From: Psilocybe cubensis | Taxonomy: Eukaryota | NCBI GenBank assembly: GCA_017499595.2 | Contig: CM039006.1 | Location: forward strand, 2,976,001 to 3,040,000 | Length of the DNA: 64,000 nucleotides | Direction of reading: 5' to 3' | In this document: one piece after another, positions 23,245 through 36,100 of the stretch | Layout of the letters: each line of letters begins with the position of its first letter | Position numbering within the stretch: the stretch's first letter is position 1 | Position numbers and translations under genes: made by a program | The notes under the pieces: model-generated | Seen by the model: the letters and a program-made list of their open reading frames with translations, nothing else | Database searches by the model: none | What the model was told of the DNA's origin: nothing

Positions 23245-24905
23245 ATGTTCAATGACATGATCACGTCAAGTCCTTCTTCCCCACTTTCGCCCCTGGTTTT
23301 GGCCAAGCTATTCGATGCATTGCGTATCAAACAGACAGATAAATACTGCACCGGTATCTACACCTGTTGTGTATCCAATTAGGCTTCAGAATGTAATCCA
23401 TCCACTGTATAGTTGCCTCTATCTGTCTGTTTGCTTACGACTATGGTGAAGAACCCTAATTGAATGTTTTAAAACCCTAAAGCTCACGAATTTACCTAGT
23501 GTTAACATTTGACCAAGAGGTGCGCTTGTTTGCTGATATACGGCATTTACGAGCATCATTATTCACTTACGCGGCACAGATGGCATTCTTCTCGGTAAAA
23601 ATCAGTATCTCCTCAATGTTCCGTAACTGAACATGGTCATGCAGAACAAGAAGATTAGCTTGGTGAAGGCGCTATTCGTCTGCGTGAGTAGGAACGATTT
23701 CAATATAAGATCCTATCTTGCCTTACACTCTCACCTAGAGTCGGTATCTGGTTCCGGGAACATTCCTGTACGTGAGGCATCTGCAATCCCCGACGCAGAA
23801 TAAAATTTGAAAGCTTGACCTCATTTTCCACATTTTGATAGTTCTTGCCTTTTAGGTGAGTTCCGACGTTTTCAAGAGTCAATGAAAGCGTTGACACATG
23901 GGAAATAGGCTACTTCTTCAATGCCCCGAGTGATATAGTGCGTATATTGTTACCTCACATCTGGTCTGTCGTCTAATTTCCCTTCATACCACAGTAGTAG
24001 GTCATTTCAAGTCAAATCAAAGCGTAACCAATTTTGTTAATATGCACTTTAGCTGTAAAAATTTCCAAAGCGCCTGAATAATCCAACGTGTTACTTACAC
24101 CGTATGCTTTAAGGCATACGATTTTTAAACGGGATACACTGGTCTGCTGTCGTGGGGGTATTTATCCCTCAAGGCATGTCCCTTCCCAGCCATGCAGTTC
24201 CATGAATCTCATTGGAACTATAGCCATTTTACAGATCCGACTATACGCACTGTATGGTGCTAATAAGAGACTACTGGCACTGTTATTGCCAATGTACGTG
24301 CTGTGCGGTGCTGCCGGGACAGCTATTCTGGCTGTTGGCTTTGGTCAGGCTACGGCAGGTAAGCCCGACTTTCCACATAGCTACATTAATCCACTTGATA
24401 CAGAATACTGTTAGAAAAAGGAAACATACGCGCGCAGGTTCTTCCGAATGGAAAGGCATGTGCAATCACAGATATTCCGACGTATCTGTACGCTTTCTGG
24501 ATCCCTATAATTTCGTTTGAGCTTCTTTTGTGCACTCTTGCTGTCATGAGAGGGGTCAGAAATTTTAGGGATTATGGATCTACTTTTTCCACTGGGAAGC
24601 GTTTACTAGATATTCTTGTCCGTGATTCCCTCGCGTACTTTCTAGGGTGAGTTCAGGACTACCTGGTCAACTGGAATGAACTACTGATAGGTTAATTTCA
24701 GAATTGCCCTGACTTATTTGGTTTGCCTGGCGATTTGGAAAGTCAACACGGTAGCTAATTATATAAGTCTACAGAGGGTCCAAACTTACACTTGCAACAG
24801 GAACTTTTTGGTGCCCCTATGGCTTTTCAAATAACCATTGCATCTATCCTTTGTAATCGACTGGTTCTCAGAATACATGGAATAATGATGCGAGGAGAAA
24901 TCTGA
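23245..24905 (+). CDS. DUF6533-like multi-pass membrane protein (GPCR-like), multi-exon
   Basis: Spliced motifs SICLFAYDY / LTFDQE / SLVKALF / SRY / ILQIRLYALY / FWIPIISFELLL / LVRDSLAYF / ILCNRLVLRI. Confidence 0.8.
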
Positions 24906-25920
24906 AGGACTGGAACTGATATAATTATTTCATTGAGAACTTTGATAGTTTTAGGAAATTGAACTAGGCATAGATTTATGCCACGTTGTATTTGTAATTG
25001 GAGTTTTTGTCTGAACCATTCCACTTCTTTGAAAGAAACTGGGGATAGTTCTGGCACTAAAAGGATCGGCGGATATTCACATGTAAAAATCGAGCAGTAG
25101 GTGCTTTGGGCAGTGCAGAAAACATCACGGACATTGAGTTTGTTGCGCCATGGTGGAGGACCTTTTGGGATTCCGGGATATTCAAAATAGTATAAGATGG
25201 AGAAGCGTGAAATATAAGGGTTTACGAATAATATAATTTATAAAGCTATAGGAATGCAGTAATCAATTAATATTCAAATAGGGGAAGTTAAAGTGGACGA
25301 TTTAGAGACGAATCAGAGGAGAATCTGGTCACCAGAAGCGTGGGAAGATGCCCAATCGCCCCGGGATCGTTGAAGGAAGCGCCTGTTAGCGCCATCAATC
25401 CCCACCGCCATCAATTCCCACCGAAGGAAGCAAACTACGTACCGTGTCGCGCACGCCTTGATGCTTGAAGGTCCAATACTTAGGGTCTGCCCTGCACACT
25501 ATGTCAATAATTTACATTTAACTCTGCTCCAAAACTGGAATCAACATTACAGAGTCCTTTTTGGTGTAAATTTTTAGGGGATTATTTTTAGTTCAATCAG
25601 CGCCGAGGAAGAAATTATCAGCCAATGCTGAAATGTGGAGACAAGTCAAACTGATTTTCACCAGAGGCTCAATACCATTGTTTTCATCAAGTGGAGGTTA
25701 ATTATTCCATCCAAATCTTTATACGACCATTGGTCCACCTGTACATACCCTGACTATGAATAGAACCCTTACAATACAATCAATTACCTTATACATGGTG
25801 CACAGCTATTACTGCATTGATAATCGTTTATCCATTGATTTTAACCACATTATACATAGGGCCGTCCATTATTCATCTCCCTCCCATCCCCTACGCTGTT
25901 CATTACCCATCCCCTACGCT

Positions 25921-26420
25921 GTTTATTCCTGCCCTCATTATCCATCGGCCTGCTATTCATTCCCGCCCTCGTCATTCAAAGCACCCTTGTGCTGTGGTTT
26001 TTATTCCCGCCCTCATTATCCATCGGCCTGCTATTCATTCCCGCCCTCGTCATTCAAAGCACCCTTGTGCTGTGGTTTTTATTCCCGCCCTCATTATCCA
26101 TCGGCCTGCTATTCATTCCCGCCCTCGTCATTCAAAGCACCCTTGTGCTGTGGTTTTTACTCCCGCCCTCATTATCTATCGGCCTGCTATTCATTCCCGC
26201 CCTTGTCATTCAAAACACCCTTGTGCTGTGTTTTTTATTACCATCCTCATTATCCATCAGCCTGTCTGTTCATTCCCGCCCTTGTCATTCAAAGCACCCT
26301 TGTGCTGTGCTGCCATTTATTCCCGCCCTCATTATCCATTGGCCTGCTATTCATTCCCGCCATTGTTATTCAAAGCACCCTCAAGCCGTGCTGTTTATTC
26401 CTGCCCTCATTATCCATCAA
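25921..26420 (+). repeat. 78-bp tandem array (~6 copies), left subterminal region of the KDZ element
   Basis: Unit ttattcccgccctcattatccatcggcctgctattcattcccgccctcgtcattcaaagcacccttgtgctgtggttt; gives 26-aa repeats in all three frames. Confidence 0.9.
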
Positions 26421-26657
26421 TATTATCCATTACCAAGCACGTTATCCATGAACTCCATTATTCATTTCTGCATCATTTTTCAAAGTACCTGTATTCTTGT
26501 CTTCTAAATCTTTCCTTGTACCGTAACAGATAAACCTATTCCAAGAAAACACAATGCATTCAAGAAAACATAGCCTATAAATAAAATACAATCGTGCGTA
26601 GATCATACAAGAATTAAAGTCCAAGATCACGTGTCACAGTTCAATGTTCACGTTTGT

Positions 26658-29466
26658 CTACACACGGGCTTTTTTACCCGCCTTCTTTCCTCCCTCGCCT
26701 GCAGCCTTTCGCTTGCCCCTTCCCTTTCCGTTTCCTGCCTTCCCCGGCTCTAATTCAGCTGTTGTTGTCATCCCAAAGGCGCTCAATGTTTGAAGCATAT
26801 CATCAACAGCCGCTTCCCATCTGGCTCCTTGAGCACCCGACCACCATTTCAATCCCACCATAACTGTCAACAAACCGTTTGGACCACCTCGTCTTAATCC
26901 TTCAACGGAGTCCCTTGGCTTGGCCACACTGAAAGACAATGGCAACTCGCCTGGAACACTGTTCCTTCGCCATGCTGGTTGTAAGCTGTTCCACCATGTT
27001 AACCATAATGTACCAAATTCCTCAGGTTCAACAGAGGGTAGCGAGCCATAGTTTCTAGATGACAGCCATTTTGATAGTGCTGGGGGTCTCTTTTGCGCAG
27101 GAAATCTCATCTACAAGGGTACGTGTCAGCAGTTTTGCTATAGATCAATGGCATTGTACGAACTTACCGAACTTGTGTCCATATTTCTAAGCTCAGCCTT
27201 TTCAAATGCCTCCCATGCGGCCACGCACTTCTGCCACTTCTCCACGCTCAAGTCCTTGAACAAGAACTCAGTTGCTGTTGTCAACCATGCTTGGGGCAAT
27301 GCAACATCCTTTGAGGCGGCCGCCCTTTGATTACGACCTCGGGTTGTGACAGTAGTGTCTACATTTTCATCTGCCGGCTCCGCAACCATTTCATTCGAGG
27401 CCTGTTTGACTGCGGCATTTGGTAATGGAGTTGTGGATGGAGGAGCTCCATCAGTATGATGGTTCTCCGTCAATGCAAGTGCTGGTGCAGGCAAAACGGG
27501 GGGTGTCTGAACTATTGGTATTTGCAATTTACCTTCGTTCATTTGAATTATCATCTTCTGTAGCTCTACCCAGTCCTCTTCCGGCAGTCCATACGTCTCA
27601 TCTGGTTTGTCATTTGTCCATAAATCCTCTTGCATAGGGAAGCTGAACTGATTGTTGACAGCAAGTTGGTTGACGGCGAGTTGGTTCATGCCGAGTTGGT
27701 TATTGAAAGTGAGTTGGTTATTGAAGGCAAGTTGGTTAAGGAAGCCGAGCGAGTTATTGATGGCAAGCAAAGAATCAATTGCAGGATGGTTGTTGAAGAC
27801 CAGCGGGTTTCCAAGGCTGGGCTGAGGATTCATGATGAATGGGGTATTGAGGGTGAGCGGATTGTTGAAGCCGGTTTGAGGATTGACCAGTGGACCATTC
27901 GTACTGGACTCGACAGGCAGGCCATTGATAGTAGCGTTGGTAGACGGGCCATTGATAGCGGGTTCGGCAGGCAGGCCATTGATAGCAGGTTCGGCGGGCG
28001 GGCCATTGACAGCAGGTTCGACAGGTGCACCCTCACCCTTGCTAGCAGGCTCCTTATTGATGGCCCCTTCGTTATTGATGGCGCCCTCATTATTGATGGC
28101 ACCCTCATTATTGATGGCCCCATCATTATTGGCGCCTAGTGCAGGAGTGGTTGTGGGCGGAGACGTGATGGCTGGCGGCGGGATTGTGGTGGCGGTGACG
28201 GCGGGAGGGGAAGAGACAGCCGTAGAAGGTTGAGTAGTCGGCGGGGTTGGGTTTGGCGGAATGGGAACGGAATGTGCTGCTGCACTTGCGGTAACAGGTT
28301 CCAACAACGCATCTTTGGTCACTTCCTCGGGCTTGGATATAGCTGTGGAGGTGTCTGTTGCTGCGTTGTTTGATTTCTCTGCGACTGCCGTATTTTGATT
28401 GATGGATGAGGCACTTGAGGGTGGTACAATGGCTTGTCGATCCCTATCTTCCTGAGCTAAGTTTGTAGATCAATCAGTGAATCAAAACATTAATGAAATG
28501 ATTTAAGCTTACAATACACGCTGTACAAGAATGTTTGATATGGGGTCACAATATTCTCATAGAACTTATCATTAGCAGTTGAAAAAAGTTGATCGTATTG
28601 ATCTCGACCATTATGAGCTGCCAATGTACGGATTCTACCCTGGTCCGAGGGCTCTGGACCACCCATCAACACAGTAAATGCCCACCCCGTTCGACGACAC
28701 ATTTCATCAATGAAGGCCTTCACGGTTTCAGGCAAAGTGATAAGATTTCTAATGGACAGAGGAAAAATTAGATCCAATCTAATGGGAATCAACCAGTACG
28801 TACACTGCACATTCCTGCGGGCTGACAATCTCCAGCCCCTCTGGCACTTTCAATTTTGACTCCTTGAGTTTCTCCAGCTCAGCCCAAATCTCTTCTTTGA
28901 CTTTGTCGGTTTCCGCATTCCAAGCCTCGGCAATGCAGCGGTTAATGATTGCAATCCGGCTCCCTCCAGGATTCTCTTGCAAACTTTTCATGACGTTTTC
29001 CCTGATTCGGTCATCATAAAACCGCTTGGAGTATAAATTCATCTCAGATAGCAAGCGTGTCGGAGGACTGGTGCTGCCAATTACAATGGTGGGACCGCGT
29101 CGGTGAGTGGAGCCGGATCCCCGGTTGTTGAACCAGTTCACGATTTGCTGCCAAAAAATAAGCGCTCATTCAGCTCGATACAGAAAGCTAGCTTATATTC
29201 TTGCGCAATGTCACCCATTCGGCATGAGAAAGTGAAGAGGTATCAACTCTTGGTTTGGAATCTGGTTTGGATTTCTTTTTTTTTTTGCGAGGGACTGTCA
29301 AAGGTCGCACTTCATCCTCGGCTTTAGCCCAGATGGTAAAAAACTCATGATAGACTTTATTCCAAAAGTCCGGGGTTGTCTTGGTGCGCTGGGCCATCTG
29401 AAAATCCGGAACCTTGGCGGTAAGAAAATCGATTTGATCAGGGGTAGCCCACGGCAGCGGAGGCAT
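26658..29466 (-). CDS. KDZ cargo protein 1: putative DNA-binding N-terminus (homeodomain-like and HMG-like helices), repeat-rich linker, C-terminal WWxxLQPxWR...GPNG...WW domain
   Basis: Exons encode MPPLPWATPDQIDFL...FFTIW / QIVNWFNNR...NLYSKRFYDDRIR...AEAWNAETDKVKEEI / RRTGWAFTVLMGGPEP / P-A-N-rich repeats / KRPPALSKWL...WLTWWNSLQPAWRR...LRRGGPNGLLTVMVGLKWW. Confidence 0.75.
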
Positions 29467-29807
29467 TTTGATAATATGTCTAAGAATAAATGTCCTAAGA
29501 ATAAGTCAAATATTACAACATATCCAAACACAAAAGCGCTGAACAAACTTACTTGTTTAAAAGTTAAAAACTTATTTCCTGATAGACAGGATCGGGCACT
29601 TCTCTCTGCAACCTTGTTTGCCTCCAGAAGCTCTACGCATGGACCAATAGATGCTTACATTATGGGATCCGCAAGATTCGCCGCTATTTCCCGTGCAACT
29701 ATATAGTTTCTTTTTCTTCTGGGGGTACAAATAGCTGACGGGACTCGAAATCGTCTGACTTTTTCATCCCCAACTTCCACCATCAAACATTACTGTATTT
29801 TCAAACC

Positions 29808-30917
29808 ATGACTCGCAATCCCAACCCCCCTCCTCCTCCTCCACCCACGGCGGCAGATGCCAACGTGGTCATCGATCATATCTTGGATTCCCTCATTGCT
29901 CTTGAAATTGCCGGTGAGTAGTATACTAGCACTTATCACCGTTCAAAAAGTAAACAACCATCAGCATCAGATACGGCATCCGATGGAAACCCGGCCTCTC
30001 CCCCTTGTTATATGTCCCTTCCGGAGGTGCTTGATGCCTTCCGTGCCTTCATTCTTCAGTTGGTCAATGGACCAAACCAAACCAGTGGTGAGTTAACTGA
30101 GCCTGTCTATTCACCTTACCTTTTTATTTTCTTACTTTTTTTTTGCCTTACACTTACCAAACTCCTTTTTTTGTATGAGCAGATGCCCCGGGCCAGCCCA
30201 CAAATGGTAAAAGCGCCTATCTGGATTTACAACTGACACTAACATTTATTAACAGGTCCTTCTCGCCTTGACCACCGCATTCAGGCTGCATGGGATGCTT
30301 CTTCCGAATGTCTCGAAGGCAGCTCCTTGGATTCTCCTGCTGGCATTGCTGTGGGTGGTAATACAGGGCTGCGGGCCGTCTCTACTGGTGATTCGATCAT
30401 AGTGGTTAGTTCCGACACTGACGGCGAGTCCGATGCCGACGACGAAGATTACTATGCACACCCTGTATCTTCCTTGGAGCCTGCGCCAGCAGTAGCCACA
30501 AGCACATCCCTTACTGGCGCTACTGCCACTGCGGTCGCCTCTGCTCCGGAAGCGACTCCAGCAAACTATGTATGTTCTACGTGCTCTGGAGGTCGCTGGT
30601 ATGTTGTGTTTGCTGGCACAAATGTTGGTGTATTCGACGACTGGTAAGTAACTCTGTTTTAAATTTTTAAAATGTTGTTCTAATTGTCGCTCACCTGATT
30701 CAGGTCCACAGTCCAACGATACACCTCTGGTGTCTCGCACTCTTGCTACAAGAAGTATTCGAAGAAAGAGGATGCTGAGAAGGCGTACAAGGACTCTGTC
30801 ACGCGCAGTGAGGTTAGAATCCTCCCCACTCCTTCTGTTGCTCCTTCGATGGCCCCAGGAAGCAGTCATCCTCCTCCCCCACCTCCCGCACCCTCTGCTG
30901 GTGCCCTTTCTGCCTAA
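29808..30917 (+). CDS. KDZ cargo protein 2 with an RNase H1 N-terminal hybrid-binding (Cauli_VI) domain and no catalytic RNase H domain
   Basis: About 5 exons. Spliced WYVVFAGTNVGVFDDW/STVQRYTSGVSHSCYKKYSKKEDAEKAY fits the HBD consensus YxVxxGxxxGVYxxWxxxxxxVxGxxxxxYKKFxxxxEA. Confidence 0.8.
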
Positions 30918-31217
30918 TCTTCTTGCTATGTGGTGGGGTTTTTCCTCTTGGATATTTTCCGCTGTAGATAGATCATTTCATTGTCTGCACATTCCAGGAG
31001 TTTCCCCATCCTTCTTGTCGGGCCAGCCAGTATCTAGTCGTTTCATTTAGTTTGTATCTTGCGCATTGAGAGAAAAAGAATATATGTTTTATTTGGTGGC
31101 TCTATCTGTTGGATCCTAAGTGTACAGCGCGAGATTTATATGTAAATACATGGATAGTTAAAAAATTACATGTGGCTAGATATCGTCTGTCTAACCAAAT
31201 GTAAGAAGAATGGTACA

Positions 31218-31905
31218 TTACTTGAGATCTGTCTGGAACTCAAATGACATCCTGGCATACATAGATTTGACTTCATCATAGCCAATAAGGGCAGCCATAT
31301 GAATTTCCTCTACCCATCGATGCACATTATCAACTTCGAGGGCAATGGTCTTCAATTGATTATACTCTGGTCCAAGACCCGTCAACCCGTACACACTATT
31401 TTGGTAACGGTGGATTCGTTCTTGGTAGTGGTCTAGCACAGAATTGCAATCGGCAATGCTCTTGATATTTTTCTGCGCAAGATACTGTGCGCATTGCTTG
31501 GCTGTGAAGGCTATTGGGTCTGACAAGATGTATTCATTGAAGCGTCGTTTGAGGCGCTGGGCCTGATCCACCCAAACTTGAACGGGTGTCTTGACTGGCT
31601 TTGGTTCAGGCAGTTGTTGAGTTTTTCTGTTCAGGTTCTCTTGGCTAGACCTGCGCAGATTGAGGCTTTAGTATATGTAGTAGAGTAGTGCATGGCTGAG
31701 AGAGCACCCACTTTTGTCTCTGAACTTGTTTGTACTGCCTTCGTTTCTTCTTGTTAATCTGCTCTTTTGCCCTATGAGTGGCATGTAAATAAGTACTTTA
31801 TGGTAGAGAACAATATTAAACATACTTCTCATAATGTTTCTTGCTCTTTGCTCTGTTTGCAGCAACTCGTTCTTCAGCAGTAAAGTATTTTCGCTTACGA
31901 CCCAT
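31218..31905 (-). CDS. KDZ cargo protein 3, basic helical N-terminus, hypothetical
   Basis: MGRKRKYFTAEERVAANRAKSKKHYE / INKKKRRQYK / ...WVDQAQRL...VYGLTGLGPEY...WVEEIHMAALIGYDEVKSMY...FEFQ, with GT-AG introns. Confidence 0.7.
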
Positions 31906-32418
31906 GGTGGTAGCGGTGAAGGGAAGCAATGATTCTTAATGAATTAGTGTAGCCGTCTGGGTATTTTGAGCGTTTCACCTGACCTTTTTAACCTGCTGAG
32001 AAACCACTTTTGAAAGCGGTACCATTCGATAGCTAGAATTAATTGGATCAATATTATCTCATTTTTAAACAGATTGAGCTCATCGTTATATTGCTATTGA
32101 TTTTACTAGATATTTGTTTTCAGGATTTGGCATCAGCAAGAGGCCCAGACGGCCCGGCAATCCACATCATTGGTAATCGACCATGCCGCCTAGCGATCAA
32201 AATCCATAACCTTACTCGTTATACATGAAAAGCCCACCACACATTTTTCAAAGCTGTATATGTTATTGATGGCTTGTCAATTGCTGTCGTTGTTATCCAT
32301 TGAAATGTTTGAAGGCCAGGTCAATTGTGTGCACACATATAAAAGCCTTCTTCCATTCGATGCTCGCCTTACTTTTTCCCCACTCGACTTACTTTTTCCA
32401 TCGTCAAACCCTGTTCCA

Positions 32419-33039
32419 ATGCCAAAGGCCACCAAATACAGGAGAAACAAGCCTAAAAACTCCTTTGTGCGTATCTCCTTCTTCAGAACATTGTGTGCCT
32501 GTTGATTGGAATTTGCAGGACTTTTGTGTTGAACCTGGAATTACGCCTGTCTCGCCAGAGGTCAACTCCGACCAATTCCGCTTTATAGTTGAATTTGGAC
32601 CGTATTTTCGCCAAGCAACCAGGCTCAACGAGCAAATGCACTTTATGGATGCATTTCTTGACCTTTGGTTTGCCAAATGGCCTGAGTTACCCGTTGACTC
32701 AGCTGATGTAGACTTTGCGTACCACCGGCAATCCGTTACAAGGAAGGTTTGTCAATTTTAGCTTTGTAGTATTCCTACCAGGTGTTCTAACAACACTTGT
32801 AGAAGGTCCTTCGAGAATTAAGATTTACTGGAGCATTTAGTCACGAAAGTGATCAACCTTGGCGTGGATATCTTGCCACAAAGACGGCCGAATTCCACGC
32901 AAAGAAAGCCAATGTGGCCTCGACATCCAACACATCCGCTAATCATTCCCGCCCTCGGCCCAGGCCCCGCCCCAAAGTCATCAAGCAGGAGGAGGAGGAA
33001 CCGTCCCTAGAGCCAGAGTGCATTGTTATTGACGATTAG
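32419..33039 (+). CDS. KDZ cargo protein 4, hypothetical
   Basis: MPKATKYRRNKPKNSF / DFCVEPG...QFRFIVEFGPYFRQA...FLDLWFAKWPE...TRK / KVLRELRF...IVIDD*, with two GT-AG introns. Confidence 0.65.
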
Positions 33040-33167
33040 AACCTTCTGTTAATGACCCATTTGATATGTTTTCGTGATTATATGTTTGTGTAGCTAATTT
33101 GCATACCCAAATTTATAACAACCACATCGTATTCCACTTGAGTTGCATGATACAATGTTATGTCTAT

Positions 33168-36100
33168 TTAGTGGCATTCTACCATAACATATGCATTGTG
33201 GCCTTCTAATGTTGTCAACGACTCTGAAATACCCTTCCATTCCTTCTCACAAAGAGCTACTATGTCCCGACGAATTCCTGCCTGCTTTTGGGCATATGCA
33301 ATCTTCCCATCTAATGTTGTAGAGTCCGAGATCGAGTTAGATGATGCAACAATATCTGTAGCTCGTGTTTCCCATATATTTGCCTGCCAGTTAAAAAATG
33401 CTATTACCCGACGCATTTCTTCGGCCAGTAGCAAGCATTCTTCCTGCCAGCGATGTGCTCTGGCACGCGACTTGCACCACTCAACACGAAGTACTGGGAT
33501 GGATAGGGCCATAAGTCTGGAAGTGAGCACGAAATGATAAAGATGCACCTGCTTGAGTAGACTTCTCCGCGTCTTCCCCCATGCCATGAACTTTCCATAT
33601 CCAAGACAGCTTTTTGCGCCCTTTGCTCCCGGAGTAATCCATCGAGGTTAGGCCAGTGACATCGGTGTCCAAAAGGGGTCGAAGGATTTGTCGCCATGCG
33701 CACTGGACGAGGGGGGTCGAAAGAGCTTCTAATGCGTTGTATGCAACATTGTAGGTCTTTGTCGCAAACTTGACCTTTTCTTCAACAGCTGCAAGCAAGC
33801 CCAAACTTCTAGTTTGCATTCGCTGGCCACGGGAGTGCCTTTTCTTGGACTTAAACATGTGAGAGCGAAGGAGGAGAAACCCACGTAAGGAATTGAGGGA
33901 TTCTTCAGCTTGAGCGTAACGATATTCCCATTCGCATTTAAGCAAGGGAAGCGAGGAACAACGAAGAGTATAGCCGTTGTACGATAGAAGGAAGAGCTTG
34001 ATGTCTTGGATTGCAACTGGTATTGCGGTATTGGCGTCAATCTTGGAGCGATACAACACAACTCCGGGCATATAAAGATGTTGGACAGCAGTCCAAGCAT
34101 CAATGCGACGCTTCAACGAATTGGACCTTTCTAGAATTTTTGTTTGTTGTAAACTGGTGGAGTGCGGCCCAAGTTTGGCAGTATCAATGGAAAGACGCGC
34201 TCTGATCATAATGTTAGTCGCAAGTGAGCAACAGAAAGAGAGGACGTACTGCAGCTCTTCTAGTTGAAGACCTTGGGAGATTAAGACACTAGGACTGACA
34301 TCAACGTGTAGCGCAAGTGAGTCTCCTCGCTTCACTGCTTCGGATTCCTTGCAAGCTAGGCGCAAGCGGACATCAGACTCGGTGATATTGGCTACAAAGA
34401 ATACAAAGGAGCATTGTGAGATACTGGAGTGAATAAGTGGCAACAAAAACGAACCATTCTTGGCAAGCGCAAAAGGGTTTGGCTGTTTTGGGTCTTTTTC
34501 CCAGGCTTGACACATTTGTGTCCATTCTGACGTTGTATCCTTGGGGAGCACTGCATCAAACTCGATGAAAGACTCCACATGCTCTTTTCGTTCGTGAATA
34601 GCCTCTTTTGCTTTGCGAACAAATGTATCAGCTGAGAAAGCTTGAAGTTGAGAAAATCTACTTATGTCAAAGAAAAGGAAGTAACTGACCAATTGTAATG
34701 ATTTTTCGCCAGTTGTAATCCCCAAAATGGTTGTCCAGGGTGTCATTGCGTGATCCCGGACCCATTTCCTTGGTGCTGCTTGCAATACCATTTGTGGCTG
34801 ACCATCCCCGCTCAGGAGCTTCGCCGTCTGTCCGGCCAACACCCGGTGTGTAGTTGAAAGAGAAAGCGGCTTGGCATTTTTGAACGTGGGCGGGAAGGTG
34901 AAACTTAGGTACAAGGTATACAAGGGAAGGTGCAGAAGGGTTTGAGAGCACATTTTCTGGGTAGATTTGACATCGTTTGAGAAGGTTTACCCACCATTGA
35001 CAAGCAATGTCATATGAGACAACAATGCGAAGCAATATTGTATATGCTATGCTTGACAGAAAAAAATAATCCATATTTACATAGCTAGAAGTCATAGTGA
35101 GTGACGCCCAGATTAATCTTACAAAGGCACTGACCGTTCACCCTTTTGCAGGTCACCGACCGAAACAGGGCGTTTCATGTCGTGCCTACTACATTCAGCT
35201 GTTCCAAGCCCACTAGCAGCAGTACCGTGTCCTCCCCTCGCGTTTGCCGATTTGATAGCATCATGATTATTGCATGTGCTTTTCTCGTCAGCGATTCGAC
35301 CGTCATAAGTAGCCAGGTAGTTCTTGAACTTATTACTTTCCACCATGTAAGCATATCCATGATTCAATCCAGGATCCCTTTCATCACTAGACACATTCAT
35401 TCGCTTCAGGCGGAAATTGGCGTCAATGGCGATGAAAAGAGAATAAAGCCATCTATTATATAGATCAGAAATTTGGACATATATCAAGGTAAAGATCTTG
35501 CCGTTCCGATTCCGGCCTTTCTTTCCAGTCCTCGGGCAAATTAATGCCGGGATGGGGGCAGGCAGGACATAACACAGCGCACTCTCCTTCTTTGGTACCT
35601 TTGACTCCAGACTCTGCGTGCCCGCGACCCATTCGTTTGAGAAGCCGGATGTGCCGCCATTCACGCACAATCCTCATAAAGACAGGATAGCGATCCTAAA
35701 ACAGATGGTTGAGATTACGCTTTGAAGCAAATGGCATGGGAAAAATAATGAAAATATCATACCGGTGGCGGCCTGGTTCCCATGTTGTCAGTAATTCGAG
35801 CTAGTGTGTGATAAAACTCATAGCCAGAGACCTTTGAGTTAAATGAAAGAAGCTGGAAATGTTCGAGAACGTCAAACGTGGCGGCTGTTTTGGGATCAGC
35901 CACAGTTGAGGGAAATAAACGAGCACGGAGTAATTGTGTTGGCTTCAAAGGAGCGTGGGGACACCCACAATATCTCAAGGATACTTCATGAATTCCGGTC
36001 TGACAGATGACAATGAAGTCGTCGTTGAATGCGTTTATTGGGACCTGACAGTCGTTATGTCCAAGCTGAATGTACAACCCTAAGCTCTTCAAAGTGACCT

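Noticed and set aside
25756-26533. Three overlapping ORFs with 26-aa repeats
   Set aside because: Artefact of a stop-free 78-bp tandem array open in all frames.
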